From: Spongospora subterranea f. sp. subterranea
Taxonomy: Eukaryota
Length of the DNA stretch: 64,000 bases
Assembly (NCBI GenBank): GCA_049724395.1
Contig: JAUGWO010000112.1
Coordinates: 310,001 to 374,000 of the forward strand
Reading direction: 5' to 3'
A model generated the notes under the pieces. It searched no databases. It was not told the origin of the DNA and worked only from the letters and a program-made list of their open reading frames with translations. The translations under genes were made by a program, and so were the position numbers. Each line of letters opens with the position of its first letter. Positions within the stretch are counted from its first letter, which is position 1. Shown here piece by piece: positions 1-14,280 of this stretch.

Positions 1-16
1 TGACCTCAAAAATGCA

Positions 17-385
17 ATGGAGTCGGATTTGAAGCTGGCAAGGATGTCTTTGTCGGCAGTAATGCGATCAGAGGATAAAATGTCGAAGGAATTGGACAGC
101 ACCAAAAGGGAATTGTCATACAGAGAATCTGTCCTCAAAGACTTGCAACGGGAGACAAAACATACAATACAACAGTTGTCAGAGGTGGCTGATAAATCAC
201 TTAAAGAACGTGACCAACTACAATGCCGGCTTGAGAAGTCCATTACTGCACTACAGGATCTGCAATTACAGAAAGACGCAGAGTGTAAATTACTGATTGA
301 AGAGTTGGGAAACGCGCAAAGGCAACGCGACCTATGGAAGACGCGGTTTGACGAGGTTGGTTGGGGTAATAAGGGGAACTGGTGA
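17..385 (+). CDS. Coiled-coil protein, probably the 3' part of a gene starting upstream of the window
   Basis: E/K/L/Q-rich helical ORF at the window edge; no recognisable domain. Confidence 0.45.
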   Translation: MESDLKLARMSLSAVMRSEDKMSKELDSTKRELSYRESVLKDLQRETKHTIQQLSEVADKSLKERDQLQCRLEKSITALQDLQLQKDAECKLLIEELGNAQRQRDLWKTRFDEVGWGNKGNW

Positions 386-665
386 AATGCTGAGCCTCTT
401 TTATAGTTGTCGAAAGGAATACAGATAGCGACACAAGAATCGCGGCAAATTGAGATGCAAATGGTAAACATTCTAAGAAGATAATCATAGAAAACACTTG
501 GTCAATCTGTCGGGAACGCAACCGGTAGCAAGACTGCGGTTGGGAAAGGAATTCGAAAGTTGGGAGAATTGAACTATGGGAAAAGTACCCAAATGACGCG
601 ATCGTCCCATAATTGCTGATGGAACAAACACCTTCCGTTAATATTTTAATAGAATATATTATCGA

Positions 666-3600
666 TCAGAATCGGACATGCATTCGAGCTGGAGTCATAT
701 GAGACGATGATGGAGGAGGTGGAGCCATTGGAACTGGCTCCGATACCAGCGGTTCGGGTAGAACAGGGTTAACCCTTGGGCGATTTTGAGGCGGGTCTGG
801 CCGGCTTTTTTGCCGCTTAGGCATTTTACTATCGCGATTCTGGATAGCATGCCCACCGCTGTTACGAGCTTGTGGATGATCACGATCTGGATTAGAATCG
901 CAATCCCGGCTTCGCTGCTTACCACGACAACGTTGGGCCTCACGATCTCGTTGTTGTTGACTACGACCGGCATTACGCTGCTTTGGAACCTGCTCACGAT
1001 TTCGACCTCTCTTTGATTGATTATTATGGTTCTGGTGGGAATTACGATCTTGATTAGCGTTGGAATCTGAACGGTACTTCATGCTGTCTGAAAGCAGACC
1101 GGCCCTCGACCTATCTTGTTCATCTCTAACTCGTTGACGTTGAACAGCAATGTTATGAAAATGATCTGGATTCATTTTAATCGCTTCCAGTTGAAGCTTG
1201 TGCTGTTGATGGTTGGAATCGCGGTCACGATTGAACGAGGCGATGTGGCACCTGTCACCATCATACGTCACTTCACGAAAATTTTCAATGGGTTTGACAG
1301 ATTGATTGTGATTAGACGCATCGAAACGTCGATAACTGTGCCATCCAGAAAATGGATTAGCAGCACTCAATGACGTTAAATCAGCAATAGCGGCTTCATG
1401 AGGTGGAAAGCCACGATTCGATAACGGTTTCTCATAAAAATGATGGAGCGAACCGTTTCCGCCAGACTTAGGAAGTGGCGAGAAGCTATAATTTTGCAAC
1501 GACGCGGTATTTACATCCTTAACGCACTCTTGATTCCTGTCTGTTGTGAAGTTAATTGAGGTCGTGGAAACGTCTCTCCTGATGGAAGGAGTTCCTGGGA
1601 CCGGCAACAGGACAGCCTTTTTCCAGCATGTTTCATCGATATCCACTGAATACGGAGAAGAACTGTTGCGAGCCTGGACGGGTTCTGGGTGAGCGATGGC
1701 ATCAGTGGTTGTTGGCTGTAGACCGACTAAAACTGAATTTGAGGCGTTCTCAAGGACGGAGGACTTGGTCAATGGATTATTGATAGAGTATTGCTGGCAA
1801 GCATCATTGCTTATGGAGTTGGGAGATAACGGACAGGAACCCAGTACGATCAGGGAATCAGCATTTTGATTCCAATCAAGTCTATTATGAACCGGAGGTT
1901 GAGCAACCACCTCAGGAACTGGTATGCGGGATTGGTCAGTGCAGAGAGTGGATGTGTTCACAACTTTGTCGTTTGAGGCCGGGCTTGATGGATTGCTCAT
2001 ATTGGGGCCATTGTGCACGACAGGATCCCGTATTGGAGTCCCATGAGGATAAACTTGGTCATATTCAAGCTGTTCGCGAGCCATAACCGCATCGACATCG
2101 TCAAAATTATCCGCCTCAATGTGGTCATTGAATAATAGAGAAAGCTCGGTAACCGACATTATCCATTCCTTGCTATTAGAAGGACATAGTTTCTCATGAC
2201 CGACTCCATGTTGCCGAATTATTTCCGACGTCACCTGGATCCCATGATGAACAAGAAGAATTACAGTGGATATGGGCGTTACCTGATCCCCACGAGCGAA
2301 ATCTGAAATATCAACGGAAACAGGTCCTGAGAGTGTGTCAATCGCAGCCGGCTCTTTGGAGAATTCCGCCCAGCGTGTATCCACCGGATTGACAATATCT
2401 TGTTCACTGCTATCGAGAACCCAGTTCGTCATTTCGACTTTTTCTAGTTGCCTTTGAAAAACCATCTGTTCGAACATATCGTGCATGACAAATCTATAGA
2501 TAAAAACAGGTTTGGTTTGGCCAATTCGAAATACGCGGTATGCAGCCTAAACCATTGTTAGACGGCGCTGATGGTTTCGTAGCAAAAAAGCACCTGAAAA
2601 TCGACACTGGGGTTCCAGTTAACATCGAGTATAACAACGCGGTTTGCAGCCACCAGTGAGATGCCTTCCCCACATAATGTCGATATCAAAAAGCAATCCG
2701 CATCAGATGATTTACTCATGAAATCATCGATTAGCGTTTTCCTTTCCGGCATAGAGGTGCTTCCATCCAGACGCAAAGCGCGTATACCATGATTATCAGA
2801 TTCACTCAAAGAGGCAATACATTCCTACAGAAAACATAATTTAACAACATAACTTAAAAAAATAATTACCAGCACACTTCTACAAAAGGAAAGAGCCTTG
2901 ATCCACCTGGAAAAAATGACGATTTTTTCACCGGCTGCTTTTGTCTGCTTAATTAATGACATTAGAACAACCATTTTGCCACTGTCTTCTATATCCACAG
3001 GACTGGAACCGATTTCCGATAGCCATTCCTGACATGGAAGAGTTGGATCGCTTGACGCCTGACGATAAGCTATCTGCAGAGCAATTGTCGATGAGAGGAG
3101 ATTATTTTTTCAAACGCTGATATTTTACCTGAGGGTGGTCAGCCAGCATGGTTGCTACATTATGCATCACAATTCCATCCAATCCGCGACGCTGACTCAA
3201 AAATTTCATCCATAACTGGCGCTGTACCGATGACAGGCGTATTGAGATTACCAACTCCTGTTTTCCAGTTTAGTTTAGAACCATTATTCGAATGCGGGTT
3301 TGTGAGATTAACCGTCTTCTTTGCAAGAAATCGTTGCAGTAGCTTTCCATCGCGCCGGAATAGAAGTTGCTGTGATCGAAGTTGGTCGTATAGTACAAAA
3401 GCGCGTCCTCGCGCCTTTGAAGCATTTTGACTTCGGTTTCGTACAATGGGATTCTCAAAAAGAAACTGAAAGTTTCTGTATGATTTGAAAATCCGCTGGC
3501 ACTTGTCACGACTGTGAGTATCAAATCAGCCGCCAGTCGGCTAAGCAAGCCGAAAAGCTTACTTGGCGAACTCAACCAATGAATATAATTCTCGGAGATT

Positions 3601-4708
3601 ATTTTGTAGGGGATATCCGGAAACCACAATTCTACGTTGAGTCCGTAATAACGACAAGCAGAAATGGCTGGATGTCTTGGGATTGCAGATTTTATGACCT
3701 GTCATGAATCAAGCTCGGAAGAGCGACTCAAAACAACTAAAATACCTTCATCAAGGACAAGAACATCAGCACCTGGATCGTAGCAGAGCATGGCTTTGCC
3801 AGCAGCGACATCCAATAACTCTTTGTAGATTCCATACGATAACAACAATAATCCACCAGAACTGCACCAGGATTGCAAACAGCTAATTCGTACACTGGTC
3901 GTCATCGGCGAATCGATCAAAAAAGGGGCCTCGAACGCTTTCTCGTCAGGCAAAAGCCATGAATTGAACCTTATCACGCCATTATGTTAGTTACAAAAAC
4001 AATTACATTATATGCATATACTTTTGAATTTCCGCAATCCAGTGGGATAAAAGGATGGACGGCATCACGACTAAAATTTTGCATGTGGTTCGTTGAGTCC
4101 AAAACATATATAACGCTGTTAAAACCTATATAAAAACTTAAAACGTTAATTTTCACGTGTGTCACACAATGTAGATGTACCTGTAATGATTTGCCCAGGC
4201 CGAGGGCGTCGGCGAACAATGTCCCAGAATTGTTTTCCAAGATATTTAATAAAAATGAGCAGCCAACACGTTGATGACGATGCAGTTTATGGCTGATAGA
4301 CTTTGGCATCCTTGCAAGAATAGGTTGCAGTGAAAACTGTCGCACCAGACGATCCTGTTCATCTTCGTCAACTTGAACAGCGTCGTCATAGGAATCAATG
4401 TCGGAATTTGAAATTAAATCAACGTAGGGGTCGATAGATCCTTCATCCATTGGCATTTCATGGCTTGGAATTTCAGTGACGTGTTCCCCTTCAGACACCT
4501 CGCCCCTTGCCCGTTTCTTAGGTTGGACGTCAATCAAATCTGCTTGTTTCACTTCTACCGTACTACTACTACATTTAACGACCTGTTCCAGCTCAATGAC
4601 GCGGTTGGTCAGCGCGTCTATCTGTGCATCTTTGGCTTTGCAATGTTCCTCCAGCAGCGCAAGGCGTCGCCAAAGGACAGCCAATTCCGTGCCCATGTCG
4701 AGCTGCAT
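666..4708 (-). CDS. SNF2-family ATPase/helicase (ATRX/RAD54-like), multi-exon, long low-complexity C-terminal tail
   Basis: Spliced motifs: GTLFADALGLGKSLQ (motif I), VLVLDEG|HKICNPKT (DEGH), RRIVVSGYPLQNNLRELYSLVEF, RLDGSTSMPERKTLIDDF, FLISTLCGEGISLVAANRVVILDVNWNPSVDFQ|AAYRVFRIGQTKPVFIYRF. Confidence 0.9.
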
Positions 4709-5744
4709 CGCCGTCTAACGGCAGCGAATCGACAATCCTGGTCCTGAACGACATTAAAAACCTTAATCAGATATTTATGGGCCGCGAACTTCAATTGCGT
4801 CACTTACAATGACTATAAGAGCCAGATGAACTGCATCAATAGTTTCACAGTGATTCACTAACTGTAACTGCACAGCCTTGTTCGGGTTCAGATCTCCCAG
4901 ATATAGTATTACTGGGCAACGTGAAATGTCCGTAACTGTTACAGTAACACTGTGTTGTTGACTGAGGAACAATCGGACAAGGGTTTGACGACTTTGACCG
5001 TTCACCCGCTGATACACATCTAATGGTTACGCCATAACACGTCATGTTCCACCGCTTTCGCGGGCGGCCAAGTCGTACCCTATATTGGACGAAGACGAGG
5101 AGGAAGAGGACGAGCTGGTAGTAGAGCCGCCTAAGGTCAGGGCAGTGACACCCGTGACTTATCGGTGGAACATCACGTGTTCTGGCGGACGAACCGGTAA
5201 CCATAGCCGAAGTAGACGTATCAGCCTGGGGCACGAATATGTTTTGGCTCACTTCTCAGTGCACGATTTTTTTATTGAGTTTTCATTCACACACGTTCGT
5301 GTTGACTTTTTAGTCGATATACCGCCGAGTCCTCAAGGATTCTGCTGGTTATGCAATAATTTGTCGGACCGTATACAGCTGCCGCATGTATACGTACATC
5401 TCCATCTGATAATGGTACTTTCAAGAACTAGAATATCGTGACCTTAATGCGAATTTCAAGAGACTATTAAATACGTCAAATACTCTATAATACGTAAAAC
5501 AATTGTAAACTGCTCACAGACTAATTCCCCATTTGACCGACTTTCAATAATGATCAATCGCATTTTTAGTTTCAGTCGTTAAAATTTTGAAACTGATACT
5601 ACAAACAACGATCAGAGGAAAAAGCCGTTTGAGACCCACGAAAAGGTAGTCGAACATATGATTTCGGAATGACGATATGGTTGGATCGATCACTGTACCA
5701 CGAAGCCTGATTGAACAGCAAGGGCATCCCTATCAGCCACCAAA

Positions 5745-7239
5745 ATGCAGCACTATTCTGAAAGCAAAAACTTGCCTGCCCAACTGACATTGGATCATGT
5801 ATCCCCAGCGACGCTTCTTCTGGAGAAACAGCGCCAAATGCAAGAAGTTCAAATGGCGTTGGATGCACAGAAAGAGGAATATGCACGAAAGGTGCTGTGA
5901 GAATCTCTGAACTATTAGACCTATTCTGAATTGATTGTGTTGGCAAATGATCATCGATAACAGGCGGAAGCGTTCAGAAGACGAGAAGATGTGCTGCGAA
6001 AAAAAGATCTAGAACTTCAAGAATCATTGGTCCAGTTCAATAAATTCCTAAAAGTAAGACCAGTAGAATTACAGTCGATATGCTAAACGAGTAACCCACA
6101 TTTAGGATAAATTCGATAAAAGAATCAAATATGATCGTATGGCGCAAGACGAACGAAAGCAGAGGCAGGCCAAGGAGAAAGAAATTCGTTCCCGGATGAG
6201 GCATTTAAGAACTCTTCAAACCCAATGTAAACAACTGAAGAAACAGGTTGGTGGTTGGCCAATCCCTGTTGTTTTGGCGACACATTCACCTTGATCCAGG
6301 TTCGAGAGTATGAACAATACCAAGCGTTTTTAACCAGGGTATAAACATACTGGAACCGTTCAATCAAATCGAATCGTTTTAACTGGGAGTAGGTTCAAGA
6401 TGAGAATTTAAGCGAATGGCCGGCGTTGGAGTCTATATTGAGCCGTTCCCAGGCATTAGATATGGCGTATAAAGGTTCTAATCACTTACTTCAAAAATAG
6501 TCAAATGTTTTTTACAGAATTGATATATAGATCTTGTTGATCGCCAAAACAGCATGATTGGAAACTCAGAGACAATGAGGAATGAGTTCTCATCGTACAC
6601 GAAAGCTCAAGTAACTGCCAATCTCAATCTCAACAACCGCATTGCCCAACTTCAATCGGAGCTCGAAAGGTACCTCCAAAACGGCGTCGCCAAATTGTCA
6701 GAACTCATTGCCCAATAGAGCAGAATCATTGACTTCTCAAAAAGAAAATGAAGAGGATCGGCGGCGACGACAAAAAACGGAAAGATCCAGGGAGATTAGC
6801 GTGATCATCATGGCCGTCAATAATTTATATCAAGTTGGTACCGGTGAAGACGTTAGGTCGATAGGGAATGATGATATATAATATTGCAGAGATGCACTAG
6901 GCAAAGTGGAATATTGATACATTCCGAGCAATTGAAGCAATATCTAGCTGGACGAGAGGCAACAACAACAACTACTACAACAACAGCTCAACATTCCAGT
7001 GGTAATGAAGAGGAAAGTACCGAAAAGAACGAATCCCCATTAGAGAATGTAGATATCACCAAGGTAAGAACGGTTGATCAAGATCAGCCGATCGTTGACC
7101 ATGCCGGCGTATACAGCAAATGTTGGATGTTATCGGAAGCTATCTGATCGACTTTATATCGATCGTGGAGGACTCGGGGTCGTCAGGTAAACCACTGACC
7201 AGGATGATCGCCAGGACATCGACATCAGACAGATCTTGA
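5745..7239 (+). CDS. Cilia/flagella-associated coiled-coil protein, CFAP73/CCDC42 family (DUF4200)
   Basis: Spliced exons give LDHVSPATLLLEKQRQMQEVQMALDAQKEEYARK|AEAFRRREDVLRKKDLELQESLVQFNKFLK; 3' end approximate. Confidence 0.75.
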
Positions 7240-7760
7240 GTCAGTCGCCGCCAGCAGTATTGTCTGTAATAAAGATAGGAATCATTGTCTCCCCAACGTC
7301 TAATCTACTTCCCAGCGAACTGTGGTGTTGAGATCTAAATGGGCTCAAGTTCAGCTCAGGATCGCCTATTCGCATGATCTGTTTCTGCTAATTTTGTGGC
7401 TTGTCGCTCCATCGGTGAGAAGGTCGATCGGGCTTGTGCTCTTTCGATGAATCAGAGAAAATCAATCTCTGACAATACACCATTATTTTACTGATCTTCG
7501 AATTCCGATAAAAAATAAACGCATTTCATCGATATCCCATTGTGTTATCCCGTGTCAGGAGGTGTTGACCACTAGACCTGATCGACACGTTCTCCCCATC
7601 CAGTTGCCCCATATTCCATGGTGTTATCCCTGGTCAGATGGCGCCATATACAGTATATTGGCCCGGCACTAACCTCATCATTATCCCACAAAACGGCGGA
7701 GTCCGTGACGGTGTTTATCTCCACCCCTGACCTAAACTCGCAATCGGATTCCTTGCAATC

Positions 7761-8199
7761 ATGGTCAAGGTCAAGGCTCACGAGCTCCGCTCCAAGTCCA
7801 AAGATGAGCTATTGAAGCAGCTTGACGAGCTCAAGAAACGAGCTCGCCCAGCTCCGAGTCGCCAAAGTTTCCGGCGGTTCCGCTTCGAAACTGTCCAAGA
7901 TGTAAATATTGATCTCCCCCTTCATCGCCGCGCGTGTATATTGACCCGATTTATTTGTTGACTATAGCAAGGTCGTTCGCAAGAGCATCGCTCGTGTACT
8001 GACCGTCTTCAACCAGACCCAGAAAGATCATCTGCGGAAGCAGCACGAAGGCCAGAAGTACAAACCTATTGATCTGCGTGTCAAGGCCACCCGATCTTGG
8101 CGCCGTAAGCTGACCCCATCGGAGCTATCGCTGAAGACGGCCCGACAGGCTAAGCGTGATTCCGCTTTCCCCATCCGCAAATACGCCCTCATGGCCTAA
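7761..8199 (+). CDS. RPL35: 60S ribosomal protein L35 (uL29); intron 7902-7967; extra A at 7836-7838 breaks the frame
   Basis: [59 protein letters not shown]...[13 protein letters not shown]...[10 protein letters not shown]. Confidence 0.95.
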
Positions 8200-8346
8200 A
8201 CAATCGTCATCGCTACAATAAAATTCTAAATTTCCATCACGAATATTGAGAAGGCGCCATCGATGTGCGATTCGATCATGAATCTGATAGCGATTTCCTC
8301 GAACAATTTCTCATGAGTCGCGTGCCGATATCCATTAGCCGCTTGT

Positions 8347-10830
8347 GTGAACAGTGTTATGGCCGAATCGGATAGCGATATTAGAGCGGCGCTTCCGAAC
8401 CTGGCATCACCCAATATCGATCGGGATGAGGCTATACGGCTATTGCAGCTGATTCGCGGTGTCAAGGCGAATGCATCACAGAATAGGCAGCTGGTCGCCG
8501 ACCTCATCGAACAGGGCGCGTACCAATCGCTGAGTATCGTCCTACAGCGATTCTCAAAGGTCGGGATAGATTAGATTCGCCATTATACCGATCATCAGTT
8601 GACAATCATTGAACCTCATCGAACCGTTCAGGATGAGATTGTGTGTCAGAACGCCATACGATCTATAGCTGTATTCGCCCGGATTAGTGAATCGGTCGTG
8701 TCCATGGTCGAATACGATCTCCCCTCTCTCCTGATCAAAACCATTCGCCGACATATGACAGCGATCACCCTGATCTCTTTGGGAATATCGCTATTGGCCG
8801 ATTCCAGCGCCAATATGCATTTCAAGGACTTGGTTCGGATCCACAACGGGATCGACATGATCAGCGATGTCATGAGCGTTCACCAGACCAATCCCAAGAT
8901 ATTGGACATCGCCTATTATGCCCTGGCCAATCTCACTGTGCAATCGCCCGACAATATTAACGCCATGGTCGAGTCCGGCTGCGTTAGGAACGTCATCGAA
9001 GGAATGGTGAAGTTCGTGCGAGTTCCAACGCTAGTTGAGGGCGCTCTGGTCGTGATCATGAACGTCTGTCGTAATGGGGTCAACGAGCAGCGAATAGTCG
9101 CCGATCTCAACGGCTGCCACGCTCTCATCGAGGTGCTGAAATCATCATCGGGATCGGCGTCCGGTCCCGTTATCAAACAGTGTCTAATGACCATTGGCGC
9201 GTTCGCCCAATGCCAAGAGAACATCGATCTCCTGTTGAGTGACCGCGCCTTGGACTACATCTGCACCAAGATCATGGAATATCGTCAACACAATTCCGAT
9301 CTACTGCAGGTCGGGTTGGTGACGATCGGAAAGATCGCAGCGGATTGTTCGGAAAGCGCATTGGCGGCGATATTGGATACGAGGGCGGTCGCCACAATTC
9401 TGTCTGTGGCGAAACAGGAGCCGAAGAACGTCCCGATCCAGACATGTGTTCTCCAGATATTCCTCAGCCTGTATTCCCGGTTCACCAACTCCCATTCCGA
9501 GCTGTTGCCCATGATCAGGCTGTTCTCCATTCCAGTGTCCCTCTCGGCCATGTACTGCTTCCCTGATAACGCCACCATATCTCGTGGAGCTGTCACCCTC
9601 ATGGCCGGTATTCTCACCGATAATCACGCCCGCTGCCGATTGGAGAGCGTCGACCTGCTGTCGATCCTAGTTCGTGTTGGGACGAGCCAGGTCAACGACC
9701 CACCCGTTGTTCGCCTGGTTCTGGATGTTGTATCGGAGCTGCTGACGATGAACATGGTGAATATCAATATCCCCGATAGCCATATTCTGGACCTGGTCAG
9801 CTATATCATCGCTCAACCGAATCTGAACCCGGTTCTGCTCGAGAGCGCGTTGCGACTGCTGTCGCGATTGATGTCCCAGGACGGTGTTGGGGAGATTGTC
9901 GCTGGCTCTATCACACCAATATTCATGGACCTTCTCAACCAGTACCAAACGATGAAGCCGCCGGTCCTACAGATATTCCTGTCGATATTCGGGGATACTG
10001 CATTGATTGCCAACGGCAGCGACATCCTGTGCAACTCAGGAGCCCTACAAACATTGTTGAGGATCCTGAGCGACGAGTCCAGGAATCCAGTGGTCGTCTC
10101 GGAACTCCTGGAGACGTTGAGGAAGATGATGAGGACGAGTCTGAAACCCCGAAATGAGCTGAAGGCCATGGGAGCGATACGGCTGGCTGAGACATTGCGG
10201 TTCCAACACTCGGCTGATAAACGGGTCGCCAAATGTGCCAACGATTTCATTCACGAGATGGAGTCGACGGTTGTGGTCAATAGTCGGACGAAATACAACA
10301 ACAAGGCCATGACGTCAGTAGATGGGTTCAAACTTCCAGAACTAGAACAGAATGTTCGTCTGTTTTTGACAGGTGGGGTCACCTTATTGGTTTTCGTCGA
10401 ATGGTTCCTAACTCGTTGGGGTTTATTAGCCGGTGGCGTTCTCACTAAACATTGCAAAACAGCACCACCAAGGAAGCGGAACGTGTTTGTCTCAACCGAT
10501 CTCAGATTCCTCGTCTGGAAAGAGTCAAACAAGAAGCCGCATTCGCTATTCATGGATAATTGTGAGAGCGTCGTCGCAGGGAAATGTTCACCCGAACTGT
10601 TGAGGGATTCCATGATGTTTGCATCGGCCAGCGAGGCGCTGTCGTTCGCCGTGTTCATGAAGAACGGGCGCAGATTGGCGGTTGAGGCCCCAACCACAGA
10701 GCTCAGGGACGAATGGGTTCGATCGTTGAGCGCCCTGATCGTGTATAGATCAGGTCTGGCACGATTGACAGCTAAACCCGACAGCCAGCATGATTCAGAC
10801 GAGGATGGCGAGTTAAAGTTTAACGATTAA
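8347..10830 (+). CDS. Armadillo-repeat protein with a C-terminal PH domain
   Basis: Repeated ARM-like helices (ALANLT...NINAMVESGCV) and a PH-like end (LTKHCKTAPPRKRNVFVSTDLRFLVW...LAVEAPTTELRDEWVRSL); start uncertain, at least one short intron. Confidence 0.7.
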
Positions 10831-10856
10831 GAACCGTTATGTGTTTTAATGGATCA

Positions 10857-12790
10857 TTACAGCTGATCTAGCGATTCCTTTATGACAATCTCAATTGTCG
10901 GGTGTGTGGTGTTGTCACTCCTATAAGCTGTCGGATTCCTTCTGAAGCGGAACTCGAGTCGGCCTTCACATGAATGAACGGTTTCACGAGATACTTGTGA
11001 GACACACACATTATGGACATATCTACAGACACAACACGTTGATGTGATCATCGTCCGACATCAGATGCCCATCTATCGCTTACCGATCGCCAGTCTCAAC
11101 CTGGGGCATTGTAAATCTGGAGTCGGATCCTCGGTAGACTTCAACATCATTGAACTTGATTGAATATATGGTGACATTGCCACCATGAGCCGGAACCCAG
11201 GACGTTCCAATCGGGATTAGGTCATCCGAGCTGTTGGCGATATTCTTCAATTGAATATTCGGTTTCCAACTAGATTGGACCGGTTCAACTGGCCCATCCC
11301 CTATGTCGTATGGTGGCGCCATTCCCCATATTGCAACTCCATTCACGATCAACGCGAGCAATACAGATTGCATGATCATGGTGTAGCGATTGGCGGGAAG
11401 GGATAGAGCGACTAAACCCCAACCACATAATCCAAATATGTAGTGATGAACGTGAATCGACGCGTCCGGTATGGACAAACCGAAGAAAACGATGGCCGTG
11501 ATGATGGGGATGACGAACTGGCATTGCCTGACCATTGTGGGCCAGAGTTTGAGGTGACGACGAGCCCGTTTGATCAGATAGACAAGGGCGATTACACATC
11601 CAATGAGTAATGATCCAATAAACATCAGGGAATATGCGTTCCTGACTTTCAACAGGCGCTTATCGAGGATCAGGTCGAGATTCCTGTTGATCGCGTGAAT
11701 ATAGTCCATATGCATCACGATGAAGAACGGGAAGATATAGAACATGAATAGGTGGACTGGGGCGTGTTCAACACCAACGAAATGATCAGATCCACCATGA
11801 TCCCAAAGAAGCCAACAGACGATTATCAACGGGACGATGCAATTCTGAAGCTGAGCTGACACTAGACCAATAGATTGGTTCTGGGAGATTGGACCAGCTG
11901 AATAGATTGCTCCATTGACAACCAATGCGATCCAGATAAACCGTTCCGACATCCCGATCAGGATCAATGCCATAAAGGCGATGAGCAATGTGGGCAGGAT
12001 GATCGGGAATCCAAGATCGGTGCAGTTCTTACTATCGTGATCAGGTGCGACCTCGTATGTTAACGGGAACGGAGCTGGGAACTCCTCTGTCTCAATCAGA
12101 AGCGGGATGTCAATGGGGGAAATTGTGTCGATCATCGTAGGGAATTATACCGGTTGTGACACCATTACTGGTTGATTTCTTGAAGAACTTGGCCGGGCCA
12201 GACCTCCTGGCCATAAAACATCCTCCCTGGGCACTAATTGCACCGCTGTGTAGAGCCGCCAAACATATACCAGAATCGGAGCGATATGGGCCGCTTCCAA
12301 CTGAAGGAAACAGTCGAAATCAGCAAAGACTATTGATCGGGAAATCGGTTGATATGGACCGACTTGGGGTCAATGGGGCATAAGCACTCATACAGGAACG
12401 AGGGCAACGGAATCTGAATACAAAGGATGACGATGAGGAGAGGTGAAAGGGAATCAGATGGGTCAATGATATGAACCTGTTCCATGACGATGTTAACGGA
12501 TAGCAGTTCTGGACATTGACCCCACAGGTGGAATATATATCCCAGTTCATAACTGATATTGTGTGAGATTGGCGCGATATCAAGGGGGGATGGGACAGAT
12601 TCAACATACCACTAGTGCATCCGATCGGTTCCGGTCTTGATCCATCTCCCGCAACAGCAATTGTTAGTACGACAAAATACGACAACGCGATGCTCCCGAA
12701 TATCAGGCAACATAGAGCTATACGCGTTTCAGGATTGAGGCGACTTCGGATTAGATCCACAGGATGTTTGGAGGAGACGACAGTTTTCAT
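10857..12790 (-). CDS. LCCL-domain multi-pass membrane protein
   Basis: Exon at ~12300-12160 reads GSGPYRSDSGICLAALHSGAISAQGGCF (LCCL signature), followed by several TM helices with an IHVHHYIFGL motif. Confidence 0.75.
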
Positions 12791-13219
12791 TGCGAGTCAA
12801 TGAGGAATTAATTGGGGTTCGGCTGCCTCACAAATACAGATCACCCGTACTGATTTAGCGATCGCGAATTCCGAGGAAGAATCTGGGCGGGGTGGTATGA
12901 TTCAATATGATTCACGATCGTCTTCTGATACAGAATGTCCCTCCCGATGGATCGTGTTTCTATCCCGCCTTAGTGTCACGACCGATCACATTTCGTTGAT
13001 ATGTACTTGAATCCAATGGGGATTGTGAAACAGATTGGCGAGTTGGAAGCGAAAACAACACTATCCTTGATCAAGATCTTATATATCAACGTGATCTAAC
13101 GATGATCAACACTACAATGTAAGCGGTGGTTAGTTCTCTAATAATGACCTATATTAGTGAAGAATGTATCAGTTGACCTGTTAAATGACCTCTAAATCAA
13201 GTTCTGGTCTGTGTCACCT

Positions 13220-14280
13220 CGTTCACTTCATGATCCAACACGAGAGCATTGTATCTCGTTGTTGAGTAAACACAAAAGCGCCGGATAGTTTACACATGAT
13301 ATTGAGTTGACGATCTCCCGGACGATTTTTTTTATCGGTTGGAACAGCACTCGACTTGATGCAAGTAGGCCATTGCCCTTCCGACGGCTCAGCGCTGACC
13401 CGTTCCAAAGTAAACGATTCGCATTATATATCATTCCGCTAACTGCTACTAAATGATATCATCTGAACCCCTGCCTCTTTTACGATGTGGCAATACTGGA
13501 ACCGTAGAACGGTTCTGAGAGGCGAATGACCGGCCCATTCCGTGTAAATTATTGCCAAACGAGAACAAATTCATTGTCAACAACTTATGGGTGTGTTGAT
13601 CTTCAATAGCGTGAGGCTCAATGGTGTTCCAAACACTTTTGAGCTTCGTATATTTGGACATCAGCGCTTGAGGGGTGGCAACTGATCTCACGCCACGGTT
13701 TAAACAGTACAGCTATTCCTTTGCCATTTCGTGTTTAACTTATGCAGGGGTCCTCGTTCTAAAACCCATTTACTGCTCAAATTTGTGCAGCCAGGATCGC
13801 ACTTTGACGTCTACAGGTCGCCACCGTTTGCAAATGGCGATATGGAGTGATTGTACCCGGTATGGGTCGGCCACACCACCTGTTCCTGATCCACATTTAC
13901 AAACTTGTTGCACCTTCCTAAACGATTACCCTCTAAGCCAATGACTTGGCAGTGCAACGGGCCCGAAGGTTGGCGTCCTCTTGATGAAATGGAGCCATGC
14001 AATTGGACCAAGTTGGCTTGCGACCAAACATAGACCATATTGTTGCCAATGCGATAGATCATTGACGTTGTTTTCAGGCCAATCCAAGAATCAGTTTACT
14101 GTTGGGGTGGGCTGCAACGCAAACGGATTCTCGCACAGAACACTACACTCACAGAAGGATCGATTTGATGAGCCTTGTCAAAGGTAATTGTTTGCTGAAT
14201 CTGCAATCAGCGTTCCAACATGTTGACAGTCCATACATTCTTACCGTGTGATCGTTTTTTTTTAAGATCGACACTGCATT
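13220..14280 (-). mobile_element. Highly degenerate DNA-transposon fragment, possibly Mutator-like (MULE) transposase
   Basis: Stop- and frameshift-riddled reading with loose MULE-like segments (SQLGPIAWLHF, AIRKRWRHVDVKVRSWLH, RGSDDII); no intact ORF. Confidence 0.3.

Noticed and set aside
5085..5441. Acidic ORF (DEDEEEEDE...)
   Set aside because: TTG start, in-frame stop shortly upstream and no recognisable family
8646..10697. Many antisense ORFs within the ARM-PH gene
   Set aside because: Expected shadows of a GC-rich coding strand
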